From positions 1 to 45,624 of the IMG/VR virus record IMGVR_UViG_3300037311_000342: 45,624 bases of DNA; one strand, written 5' to 3'. The position numbers and the translations under genes are program-made. The notes beneath the pieces are model-generated. The model saw nothing but the letters and a program-made list of their open reading frames with translations, did not search any database and was not told where the DNA came from. The stretch is from a virus (lineage: Duplodnaviria > Caudoviricetes). This document shows, one piece after another, positions 33,364 to 41,770 of this stretch; the first letter of the stretch is position 1; each line of letters opens with the position of its first letter.

Positions 33364-33789
33364 TCAGCCGTCCAGTGCGTCGGCGAACTGGAGGAATGAC
33401 ACCCGCCCGTGGCGGCGGGCGAACGTCTCATATGCCTGCTGGGCGGCCGCATGACGCTCGTGATCGGCCGCCCGGACGGAGTCGAGTAGCCGGGCCTCCT
33501 CAACCGCCTGCCGCCGGACGTACCCGTAAGCCGCCGCCCCCAGGGACGGCCCGTCGTCGGCCATCACCTCGGCGGCCAGCGCCTCGAAGTCCGAATCGAA
33601 CGCCTGGCAGGTGAAGCTGCTCATGGGCATCTGGGCCACCCGCGACGCCTCCTTCGACGGGTACAGGTCGAGGCCGATGAGGATGCGGCGCTGGCTGGCG
33701 TCCATGCTAAACCGGACGAGTTTCCAATACTGTTGGTCGGCCGTCAGGCCGACCGGGGAAACGCGGGGCTGGTCGATGAGCAGTGCCAT
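33364..33789 (-). CDS. Hypothetical protein (possible fibre chaperone)
   Basis: GAGG RBS, directly follows the fibre gene, lower GC. Confidence 0.7.
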   Translation of the reverse strand: MALLIDQPRVSPVGLTADQQYWKLVRFSMDASQRRILIGLDLYPSKEASRVAQMPMSSFTCQAFDSDFEALAAEVMADDGPSLGAAAYGYVRRQAVEEARLLDSVRAADHERHAAAQQAYETFARRHGRVSFLQFADALDG

Positions 33790-33803
33790 GTCGGCGGTCC
33801 TCG

Positions 33804-35198
33804 TCAGGGGGTGGTGTCGTCGGCGACGATCCCGGCGGCGGCCAGGGCGGTCAGGAGCGAGGCCAGGGCCGCGTTACCGCCCCGGCTGCCGGTGACGCTC
33901 GGCTTGGTGGCCGCCGGCACCGAGATCACGTCCCGCAGCACCCCCAGGGCGGTACGGTACTGGATGCGGGCCAGGGCGGCGTCGGTCGAGTCGATGAACA
34001 GCCCGCGGGCCGCCCCGCCGGGGTCGGCGGTGGCGTCCAGGGTGCCGAGCAGCACCTGCCCGGCGGCGGTGTAGCCGGCGCTGCCGGCCGGGTCGCCCGC
34101 CCGGTTCTGGGCCACGGCCATAATGACCGCGCTGCTGGCCCCGCGAGACGCGATGATCTGCCGGTACCCGTACACGTTGCCGTCCGCCAGCAGGCCGTTG
34201 CCGACGTAAGTGCCGCCGGACGAGTTGGACTGGACGAACGGGAACGAGAAAGACGCCGCCGACACCGAAAAGTTGCCCGGCATGGCGAAGGACATCGGCT
34301 TGGTCGCCGACCAGGTGAACTCCGGCGTGGTGTTGCCCAAATTGCAGGTGCCGCCGAACGCCAGCAGGGTGTTGCGGCTGACGACCAGCGTCGGGTTCGC
34401 CTCGTCCGACGCTCCGCCGCTGCCCGCCGTGAAACAGACGAACTTGTGGGTGTGTGCCCGCCTCGCGTATTCGACGTTAAAGTTCGCGCTGTTGGTGTTG
34501 GTGACGTACCACGAGTCGGCCCGCACCGGCACCGCCGACCCGGGGGCACCCAGGTGCATCTTGACCAGGTGCGGCTCGAACACCACGTTGCCGCCGAGGG
34601 TGGACGCGACCGGCGCCCAGGTGTACTCCCACGACCCGCCGAGGGACGGGTAGTTCGGGTTGGTCCGTCCGTCCCCGTCCCCGTTGACGCCCCAGAACGG
34701 CACGAAGTTGGGGCCGTAGTCGAACGGCACGCTGGCGTAGCCCTCCCGGTAGGTGAGCGGGACGGGCACGGCCGGGCCGGTCGGCAGGACGGTGGTGAAG
34801 GTGTCCTGGGTCTGGCCGGCGGCCGACAGCGTCGGCAGGACCGTGGGCAGCGCCCCGCCCCCGCCGCCGGCCGGGGTGGCGGTGTCGAACTGGTCCGGGC
34901 CGGCGACGCGGACGTACTGGCCGACCACGCCGGCCGTCGCCAGCCCGGCCAGGGCGGTCAGCCCCGGGTCCAGCGGCTGGCGGCCGGCCACCGCCGCCGC
35001 GAGGTCGCCGTCGCTGGCGTACTGCGGGTGCGGGTCGGCGGCCGCGACGTGGGCGGACACCGCGGCCACGGCGGTGCCGGCGGCTTCGGCACTCAGGGCC
35101 GTGCGGGCGGCCGCGGCGTCGGCCAGGCCGAGCAGCGACCGGCCGAAGGCGGTGGCGTCCGCGATCAGGTCGCGGATGACGTGCAGCGGGGAGGCCAT
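33804..35198 (-). CDS. Fibre-like virion protein
   Basis: N-terminal ATAFGRSLL..DAAAARTAL and HVAAADPHPQY shaft motifs. C-terminal KPSVTGSRGGNAALASLLTALAAAG. Confidence 0.75.
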   Translation of the reverse strand: MASPLHVIRDLIADATAFGRSLLGLADAAAARTALSAEAAGTAVAAVSAHVAAADPHPQYASDGDLAAAVAGRQPLDPGLTALAGLATAGVVGQYVRVAGPDQFDTATPAGGGGGALPTVLPTLSAAGQTQDTFTTVLPTGPAVPVPLTYREGYASVPFDYGPNFVPFWGVNGDGDGRTNPNYPSLGGSWEYTWAPVASTLGGNVVFEPHLVKMHLGAPGSAVPVRADSWYVTNTNSANFNVEYARRAHTHKFVCFTAGSGGASDEANPTLVVSRNTLLAFGGTCNLGNTTPEFTWSATKPMSFAMPGNFSVSAASFSFPFVQSNSSGGTYVGNGLLADGNVYGYRQIIASRGASSAVIMAVAQNRAGDPAGSAGYTAAGQVLLGTLDATADPGGAARGLFIDSTDAALARIQYRTALGVLRDVISVPAATKPSVTGSRGGNAALASLLTALAAAGIVADDTTP

Positions 35199-35636
35199 TC
35201 AGAACTCGGTGGCGGTGGTGAACCGGTACCCGGCGTCGCTCAGGCGGCCGCCGGCCACCCCCTGGCCGCCGGCCGCCCCGCCCCCGCCGGCCGGCTGGGC
35301 GACGGCCCCGGCGACGGTCACGGCCACCGCGTCCAGCTCCTTGCGGCGGTCGTACAGCTTGACCTGCTCGGGCAGCAAGCTGTAGGCCGCCCCGCCGTCC
35401 AGCAGGGCGAAGTACAGCCCGAGGTGGCGGTTGTACTCCCGCCCGCGGTCCCACCCCTGCACCTGGGCCGGGGAGTACCCGCGGGCGGCCAGCCGGCCGG
35501 CGATGTCCTGGACGGCCGCCCGGTTGGCGTCCGCCACCCGGCGGTCCCAGAACTCGGCCAGGGCGGCCACGTCCTTGACCTGCAGCACGTCGGCCACGGC
35601 CTGGAGCAGGTCGGCGTCGGACAGCCAGGCGGGCAT
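35199..35636 (-). CDS. Putative head-tail adaptor
   Basis: ANRAAVQDIAGRLAARGY helical motif, size and position after the capsid. Confidence 0.65.
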   Translation of the reverse strand: MPAWLSDADLLQAVADVLQVKDVAALAEFWDRRVADANRAAVQDIAGRLAARGYSPAQVQGWDRGREYNRHLGLYFALLDGGAAYSLLPEQVKLYDRRKELDAVAVTVAGAVAQPAGGGGAAGGQGVAGGRLSDAGYRFTTATEF

Positions 35637-36145
35637 CAGCGGCCCCGCCTCCGGCCCCGCTCCTCCGCCTGGACGCCGGCCGGCTGCTCGGGCACCGGCG
35701 CGGTGACGGTCCGGTCGTCGGCCCCGTCGGCCGGCGGCGACCCGCGGGCGATCGCCAGCCCGGCCTCCAGCTCGGCCACCCGGGCGGACAGCCCGCCGTC
35801 GCCGGCCGCCCGGGTGGCGGCGTGCGCCGCCCGCTCGGCCTCCAGCCCGGCCTCCAGCTCGGCCACCCGGGCGGACAGCCCGCCGTCGCCGGCCGCCCGG
35901 GTGGCGGCGTGCGCCGCCCGCTCGGCCTCCAGCCCGGCCTCCAGCTCGGCCACCCGGGCGGTGAGTTCGGCCAGGTCGGCGGCCGGCGGCGGGTCGTCGG
36001 GCCGGGCGGCCGACAGCCCGGCGGCCGGGCGGACCGCCCCGGTCCGCACCAGCCAGTCGAGGTCGGCCCCGGCGAAGGCGGCCGGGGGCAGCAGGTCGCC
36101 GGGGCGGCCGTCCACCCCGGTCACGTCGGTCAGGAGCTGGTACAC
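35636..36145 (-). CDS. Capsid-adjacent protein with 29-aa tandem repeat
   Basis: GTG at 36145. LDWLVRTGAV motif then (ARVAELEAGLEAERAAHAATRAAGDGGLS)n. Confidence 0.7.
   Translation of the reverse strand: MYQLLTDVTGVDGRPGDLLPPAAFAGADLDWLVRTGAVRPAAGLSAARPDDPPPAADLAELTARVAELEAGLEAERAAHAATRAAGDGGLSARVAELEAGLEAERAAHAATRAAGDGGLSARVAELEAGLAIARGSPPADGADDRTVTAPVPEQPAGVQAEERGRRRGR
35755..35961. repeat. 87-bp exact in-frame tandem repeat (~2.4 copies)
   Basis: Units at 35755-35841 and 35842-35928, plus a partial copy. Confidence 0.9.
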
Positions 36146-36156
36146 GGTCGCCCTCG

Positions 36157-37212
36157 CTAGCAGGCCAGGATGATGACGGCCCCGGGGAAGTACACGGCCG
36201 GCCCGCCGTTGTGCCCGTCCTCGCACAGCATGGCGGCCGGGGACCGCACCTCCCGCAGGTCGCGGACCCGGGTGTACGGGCCGGGGCCGAAGTCCGGGTT
36301 GTTGGCGTTGCGGCACATGCGGTACTCGCCCAGCCGGGCCCCGCTGGCCCGCTTGCCCACCACCACCGCCACGTTGTCCGGGATGAACGGGTACCACTGG
36401 CCCCGGGTCAGCCCGTCGGTGCCGTCCGAGATGTACCCCTCGTCGTACACCCGGATGTCCGGGATGTCGGCGTTGTCGGCCTGGCCGGCCAGCAGCCCGT
36501 TCAGCTCGGCCTGGGAGTTGACGGTGCTGCCGGCCGCCAGCCGCCGGCCGAACAGGTCGGCCGGGTTGGCGTTGAGCAGCAGGTCGTTCAGCTTCTTGCG
36601 GTTGACGTACGCCACCGCCCCCCGGCCGAAGCTGGCCGACTGGCCCCGGGCCTGGAGCGGCAGGGCGGTCAGGTCGGCGTAGGGGGTGGCCGTGGCCCGG
36701 GTGGACCAGGGCACCCCGGCCGTCACCCGGGTGAGCGGGAAGCTGCCGACGTGCTTGAGGGTGCCGGCCTTGTCGAACACCTGGTACCGGCCGGTGGCCA
36801 GCAGGTCCCAGAGCACCTTGCGGATGCGGGTCAGGCGGCGGGACAGGAGCATGGCCTGGCGGTCGGCCACCACGTCGTTGAGGGTGGCGAACTCGGTGTA
36901 GCTGGCCGCCTCGGCGGCGGTGGTCAGCTCCTCCTCCTCGATCAGGGCGGACTCGCCGTACACCCCCGGGTCCACGTCGTAGTCCTTCATGCCGGGGGCG
37001 TCCACCACCTTGAACTCGCCCCCCAGCCCGCGGACCTGCTGGGCGCCCATGAAGTTGTCCCGCTGCCGCCACTTGAGCCGCCAGGCGGCCGTCTCGACGA
37101 TGGGGAACAGGTCGAACGCCGGGTCGTCCAGCGTCAGGGTGGGGAGGAGCTGCCGCTCCACCTCCCGCAGCTCGGCCGGGGACGGGTACGCGAACTGGAC
37201 GGTGGCCAACAT
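36157..37212 (-). CDS. Major capsid protein (lambda gpE-like family)
   Basis: 351 aa after the decoration gene. VPWSTRATATPYADL and IRVYDEGY...PFIPDNVAVV motifs. Confidence 0.85.
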   Translation of the reverse strand: MLATVQFAYPSPAELREVERQLLPTLTLDDPAFDLFPIVETAAWRLKWRQRDNFMGAQQVRGLGGEFKVVDAPGMKDYDVDPGVYGESALIEEEELTTAAEAASYTEFATLNDVVADRQAMLLSRRLTRIRKVLWDLLATGRYQVFDKAGTLKHVGSFPLTRVTAGVPWSTRATATPYADLTALPLQARGQSASFGRGAVAYVNRKKLNDLLLNANPADLFGRRLAAGSTVNSQAELNGLLAGQADNADIPDIRVYDEGYISDGTDGLTRGQWYPFIPDNVAVVVGKRASGARLGEYRMCRNANNPDFGPGPYTRVRDLREVRSPAAMLCEDGHNGGPAVYFPGAVIILAC

Positions 37213-37246
37213 GGTCGCACTCTCCGGGGCGGGTGTCCCGCCGGGG

Positions 37247-38002
37247 TTAGGACATCCGCAGCTCGGCGGCCGGGCCGGCCAGGGTGGCGGCGGTGCCGAC
37301 GACCAGCCGGCCCACGTCGGCCACCCCGTTGGCGTCCAGCCCGACGAGGGCCGACGTGTAGAAGGTGCCGGTGAAGTAGGCGGTGGCCGTCGGGGCCGCC
37401 GCCGGGCCGGCCGCCGGCACCCCGCCGGCCGACTGGTGGGTGCCGTCCGGGTACACCACGGTGGCGTACTTGAGGAACGCCCGGCAGGCCTGGAGGCCGT
37501 TCGCCAGGGCGTCGTCGTAGGCCCCGTACAGCGGCCCGGCCGACCGCCCGGGGGTGGTCTTGGCGACGCCGACGGCGGGGCTGCTGCCGCCGGTGAGCGA
37601 GTTGGCGAACAGGGTCATGGTGGCCTGCAGCTGGTTGCCCAGGGCGGCCTGGAACGTCACCGCCCAGGGGCCGCCGGCGCTGCCCGTCACCACCACGTTG
37701 CCGGCCCCGACGTCGGGCAGCGCCTCCAGGGCGGCCTGGACGGCGGCGGCCGTGGCGTTGTGCGGCAGGGGGGCCGTCGGGCCGGCGTTGAAGGCCAGCC
37801 GGAAGGTGCCGCCGGTGGGGGTGCCGGTGACGGTGACGGTCTGCACCTCGTTGGCGGCGGCGGCCGGGGTGTACTCGCCCAGCGCCTGCCCCTGGGGGTA
37901 GCTGCCCGGGGCCAGGCGGACGGCGTCGGTGTACGCCTCGTGCGGGTCGCGGGACGGGACCAGCCCGTTCGGGCTGCCGTAGATGGTCGGCACGGTCGGC
38001 AC
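37247..38002 (-). CDS. Head decoration protein with inserted beta domain
   Basis: YPQGQALG...YGAYDDALANG decoration motifs flanking an NEVQTVTVTGTPTGGTFRL insertion. Confidence 0.75.
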   Translation of the reverse strand: MPTVPTIYGSPNGLVPSRDPHEAYTDAVRLAPGSYPQGQALGEYTPAAAANEVQTVTVTGTPTGGTFRLAFNAGPTAPLPHNATAAAVQAALEALPDVGAGNVVVTGSAGGPWAVTFQAALGNQLQATMTLFANSLTGGSSPAVGVAKTTPGRSAGPLYGAYDDALANGLQACRAFLKYATVVYPDGTHQSAGGVPAAGPAAAPTATAYFTGTFYTSALVGLDANGVADVGRLVVGTAATLAGPAAELRMS

Positions 38003-38029
38003 TCCGGGGCGGGGGGGGGGTGGGGGCGG

Positions 38030-39307
38030 TTACTTGCCGGCCGCCTGCCGGGCGAGGGCGGCCCGGCCCTCGGGGGTGGCCCGGAGGGCGGCGGCCACCA
38101 CCTCCTCGCGGACCCCGCCGGGCCGGCCGCCGCCGCCCGGCATCGGGTCTTTGAGCTTGTCGCCGAAGACGCGGGCGGCCGGCCAGCCGCGGATCAGGGC
38201 CATCTGCTCGTCCAGGGCGGTGCCGTCCGTCTTGCCGTCGGCGAACTTGCGGACGCCGGCGTCGTCGCACCCGAGCAGCATGGCCTCCAGGGCCGGCCGC
38301 TGGGCCTGGACGACCTTGGGCTGCGGGCCGGCTTGCATCTCGTCCAGGAACGCCTTCACCTTCTGGCCCTTGGCCGAGTTCGTGCGGCGGTCGCCGTCTT
38401 GCGTGAGCCGCTTGTTGGCGGCCTTCAGCTCGGCCAGCTCGCGGCCGATGCCGGCGTACAGGGACTGGAAGTTGTCGGCCGTCTGCCGGTCGGCGAACTT
38501 CAGGGTGAGGCTGGTCGGCTGGCCCGGGCCGCCGGCCCCGCCGGTCATGGTCGGCACGCTGACACTCGCCCCGCCCTGGCTCATCTGCACCGGCGGCGGG
38601 TCGGGGGTCGGGTCCGCCGGCTTCGGCAGCACCGCCGCCATGGCGGCCAGCAGCTTGTCCGGCACGGCGTCGGTGAGCAGCTCGGCCGGCACCCCGGCGG
38701 CGGTCAGGGCGGCGATCATCTGCTCGCGGGTCATGGCGGCACTCTCGAACTTGAGGGCGGGGGTGGACGGGTTGTGGGGCGGGGCCGGGGCCGGGCGGCG
38801 GCCGTCGGCGAACACGGCCGTGGCCGCCGGCATCCCCTTGGCCGCCTCGCTCTTGCTGCCCAGGAAGCTGACGCACTTGAGCACCTTGCCGGCCACCGGG
38901 CCGTCCGGGCCGACGAAGGCGTTGGGCGGCTCGAACCACTCGACCGACCGGGCGCGGAGCTGGCCGCCGTTGATGAGCGCCCCGACCGGCACCGGCACCC
39001 GGTCCAGGTCGAGCGTGAGGGCCGGGCGGCCGTCGGCGTCCTCGGCCGCGGCCGCCACCACGTCGCCGACCGACAGCCCGGCCCAGTCCGGGTGCTCCTC
39101 GTGGTCCACCGAGGCGTAGGGCACCCACCCGGCCCACCCCTTGTCCGGCTGCGGCTCCCGGAACCGGTCGTAGTTGGCCACCAGCTCGGCGATGGCGTCC
39201 GGGCCGTAGGTCTGGCCGTTGCGGACGCCCGGGGTGAACGACACGCACCCCGGCACCTTGCAGGTGGGGTAGGCGGGGACCGGGGTTCCGGCGGCGGGGG
39301 TGGCCAC
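38030..39307 (-). CDS. Prohead protease / scaffold (Mu gpI-like)
   Basis: SVDHEE, RSVEW and CVSFLG motifs with a helical scaffold-like C-terminus. Confidence 0.75.
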   Translation of the reverse strand: MATPAAGTPVPAYPTCKVPGCVSFTPGVRNGQTYGPDAIAELVANYDRFREPQPDKGWAGWVPYASVDHEEHPDWAGLSVGDVVAAAAEDADGRPALTLDLDRVPVPVGALINGGQLRARSVEWFEPPNAFVGPDGPVAGKVLKCVSFLGSKSEAAKGMPAATAVFADGRRPAPAPPHNPSTPALKFESAAMTREQMIAALTAAGVPAELLTDAVPDKLLAAMAAVLPKPADPTPDPPPVQMSQGGASVSVPTMTGGAGGPGQPTSLTLKFADRQTADNFQSLYAGIGRELAELKAANKRLTQDGDRRTNSAKGQKVKAFLDEMQAGPQPKVVQAQRPALEAMLLGCDDAGVRKFADGKTDGTALDEQMALIRGWPAARVFGDKLKDPMPGGGGRPGGVREEVVAAALRATPEGRAALARQAAGK

Positions 39308-39312
39308 GGCGG

Positions 39313-39333
39313 ACTGTACGCCCGCCCGGCCGG
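39313..39333 (-). promoter_or_regulatory. Late promoter motif (leaderless configuration)
   Basis: CCGGCCG-N7-GTACAGT, 5 nt before the GTG at 39307. Confidence 0.75.
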
Positions 39334-39350
39334 CGGGAACAGGTGCGGGG

Positions 39351-40250
39351 CTACCAGGCCGTTTCGACCGTTCGCCCGGACGCTACAAGTCGAGAGAGTT
39401 CGGCCGCCCCGACGGGGCGGAAGCTACACCGGCAGTTGCACACGTCCGCCGGCGAGGTGCCGCGGACGGCGGCGAAGCTGGCCGACGACGGGTACAGCCG
39501 GCCGTCCCGGGCGGCGTGGTGCTTGCGGGAGCGGGAGTCGGGTACCGCCAGGTACTCCCAGGCCGGGAACAGGTCGGCCACCTCGGGCGCCCGCATCTGC
39601 TCGTGCCCGGCGGTGGTGTAGGCGTCCAGGGCGTTCGTCCGCACCACCATCTCGGCGTACCCGCTCTGCCGGGGGCCGACCCCGGCGGCGTCCAGCAGGG
39701 CGTCCAGGTCGGCGGCCGCCCGCGGCACACTCCGGCCGTCGCGGACGGCGCCGCCGAGGAAGTCCCGCACCCGGGCCGTCAGCTCCTCGTCGGTGGACGC
39801 GGCCAGGGTGAAGGCCCGGCGGCGGAGGGACTCGCCCCACCGGTCGGGGTCGATCCCGAGCCGCGGGTCCAGCCCCAGGAAGTAGCGGAGGGCGTCTTCG
39901 GGCGAGCGGACGAGCAGCCCGCCCCGGGGGACGGTCGGCTCGGCGTCGTCGAACCGTTTGGCCGGCGGGCCGTCCGCCAGCCGCAGCACCCGCACCCGGC
40001 CGAGCAGGTCGGCGGTGGCCATCACCGCCGCCAGCACCCCCGCCAGTTCGGCTCGCCCGTGCTCAGCCAGCACGCTCCCCGACCCGGACAGGTCGCCGGC
40101 CGCCACCAGGGCGGCCATGCGGGCGACCCCGCCGGCGACGGCGTGCTCGGCCAGGGCGTCGAGCTGGTCGCCGGCCTCGCCGGGGGTGGCGGTGGCGACG
40201 GGCGGGTCGTCAGCGGAGGCCGCGAAAGAGGCGGGCCGGCTGGCCGGCAC
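39351..40250 (-). CDS. Minor head protein (Mu gpF / SPP1 gp7 family)
   Basis: RRAFTLA, VRTNALDAY, DSRSRKHH and CNCRCS motifs. Start position uncertain. Confidence 0.88.
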   Translation of the reverse strand: MPASRPASFAASADDPPVATATPGEAGDQLDALAEHAVAGGVARMAALVAAGDLSGSGSVLAEHGRAELAGVLAAVMATADLLGRVRVLRLADGPPAKRFDDAEPTVPRGGLLVRSPEDALRYFLGLDPRLGIDPDRWGESLRRRAFTLAASTDEELTARVRDFLGGAVRDGRSVPRAAADLDALLDAAGVGPRQSGYAEMVVRTNALDAYTTAGHEQMRAPEVADLFPAWEYLAVPDSRSRKHHAARDGRLYPSSASFAAVRGTSPADVCNCRCSFRPVGAAELSRLVASGRTVETAW

Positions 40251-41589
40251 CCCCTTCCGGCGTCGGGGCGGCGGCGAACGGCGCAGGACGGCCGGCTGGG
40301 GGCGGCAAGTCTCCGGCCGGGGTCGCCGGCCGGAGCACGTCGCCGGCGTCACGCGCCGGCTCGGCCCCGCTCAGCTCGCCGACCTGCTGGCCGCTCACCG
40401 GGTAGCCCATCTGCTGGGCCTTCTCGATCAGCTCGAGCTGCCGCATTTGGGCGGCCGGGTCGATGCCCCCGAGCGTCACCTTCGGCCGCCCGCCGGCGGC
40501 CCCGAAGTTCGGCCCCACCAGGTCGGGCACGAGCTGGTCGTCCAGCACCGAGCACACGGCCGTCGCGAGGTACCACTCGAACAGCTCGGTCTGGCTGCGG
40601 TGGGTCTCGCCGGACCCCTGCGGGCTGCTCGACTCGAGCGCCTGGAGGTAGGCCCCGCGGACGCACAGGAACAGCTCCTTCCGCAGGTCCTCGATGGTCT
40701 GCTGGAACTGGTCGGGGGCGCTGGTGGCCAGGTTGAGCACCTCCACCTCGGCCCCGTCCGGGTAGGTGATCCAGCCCTGGGCGCGGGCGTCCCGCAGGAC
40801 GGCCGCCATCTGGTCGCGGGTGGCCGTGTCCCCGGCCGGGTACCTGCCGGTCAGGAACGGGCCGCTGAAGTTCTCCAGCAGGATGGACCGCAGCTTGACG
40901 GCCGCGGCGATCAGGTTGGCCGCCCGGTTGGCCGGCCGCAGGGCGCTCAGCCCGAACGGCGACTCGAAGATGGACAGGTGGGTGAACACCAGGAAGTCGG
41001 CCGGGTCGAACACCCGCCCGCCCTGCCCGGCCGGGCCGACGGCCACGACGCCGGTGACGGCCTTGTACTCGTCCAGCCGGAACCGCAGGTGCTCGGTGTC
41101 CTTGGACTTGGCGGCCAGCAGGGTGACGTGGCCGGGGTACCTGGGGTGGTCGGCCGGCACCGCCCCCATCACCTTCTCGCACACGCCGAACCCGTCGATC
41201 TGGCCGGGCAGCAGCAGGTTCATGAGCAGCCGGGGCCACCCGCCCCGGCTGCGGCCGACGGCCCAGTCCACGTAGGCGGCGGCCGCCTTCTGCCGGGGGT
41301 CGGCCTTGTCCTCGGGGATGACCTGGGGGTCGAGCGAGGCGACGGCCATGGTGAGCGCCCGCAGGGGCGTCGAGACGGCCGGCTCCTTGAGCATCCGGCG
41401 GTACGCCTGCCGCACCTCCCAGGTCTCGCCGGTCAGGTTGTCCTGGGCGGTGGACAGCGGGCCGCTGTAGAACTGGGTCCACCCGTAGGCCCGCACCAGC
41501 TCGCGGTGGAAGGCCTCCCCGTGGTCGCCCCGGGGGGCGACCGGGCGGGTGGCGGCGACGGCCGAGCGGAGGCGGTCGAGCAGGCCCAT
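40210..41589 (-). CDS. Portal protein (DUF935 / Mu gp29-like)
   Basis: GFGVCEKV, ESPFGLSALR and LVPDLVGPNFG motifs. Lies between terminase and gpF. Confidence 0.85.
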   Translation of the reverse strand: MGLLDRLRSAVAATRPVAPRGDHGEAFHRELVRAYGWTQFYSGPLSTAQDNLTGETWEVRQAYRRMLKEPAVSTPLRALTMAVASLDPQVIPEDKADPRQKAAAAYVDWAVGRSRGGWPRLLMNLLLPGQIDGFGVCEKVMGAVPADHPRYPGHVTLLAAKSKDTEHLRFRLDEYKAVTGVVAVGPAGQGGRVFDPADFLVFTHLSIFESPFGLSALRPANRAANLIAAAVKLRSILLENFSGPFLTGRYPAGDTATRDQMAAVLRDARAQGWITYPDGAEVEVLNLATSAPDQFQQTIEDLRKELFLCVRGAYLQALESSSPQGSGETHRSQTELFEWYLATAVCSVLDDQLVPDLVGPNFGAAGGRPKVTLGGIDPAAQMRQLELIEKAQQMGYPVSGQQVGELSGAEPARDAGDVLRPATPAGDLPPPAGRPAPFAAAPTPEGGAGQPARLFRGLR

Positions 41590-41729
41590 CAGCCGCCCCC
41601 TCCGGCGGTGCGGTCGAGGTCGGCCCGGCCGGCCGCCCAGCCCCGGCGGACGGCGGCGGCGGCCCACCCGAGCAGGTACGCCGGGGCGAAGAACAGCAGC
41701 AGGCCGGCCAGGACGTGGAGGCGGGGCAT
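41589..41729 (-). CDS. Small membrane protein
   Basis: MPRLHVLAGLLLFFAPAYLLGW with GGAG RBS, after a late promoter. Confidence 0.6.
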   Translation of the reverse strand: MPRLHVLAGLLLFFAPAYLLGWAAAAVRRGWAAGRADLDRTAGGGG

Positions 41730-41749
41730 GGGGTCTCCGGGGTCGCCGC

Positions 41750-41770
41750 AGTGTACGCCGGGCCGGCCGG
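41750..41770 (-). promoter_or_regulatory. Late promoter motif
   Basis: CCGGCCG-N7-GTACACT. Confidence 0.75.

Noticed and set aside
21467-35198. Diversity-generating retroelement or invertase-driven fibre switching
   Set aside because: No reverse transcriptase, template/variable repeat pair or serine invertase was seen.
38006-38026. G-homopolymer as a phase-variation tract
   Set aside because: Intergenic, does not shift a reading frame, and unremarkable at this GC content.
36989-39811. 940-aa + strand ORF
   Set aside because: Antisense shadow of the decoration, protease and gpF genes.
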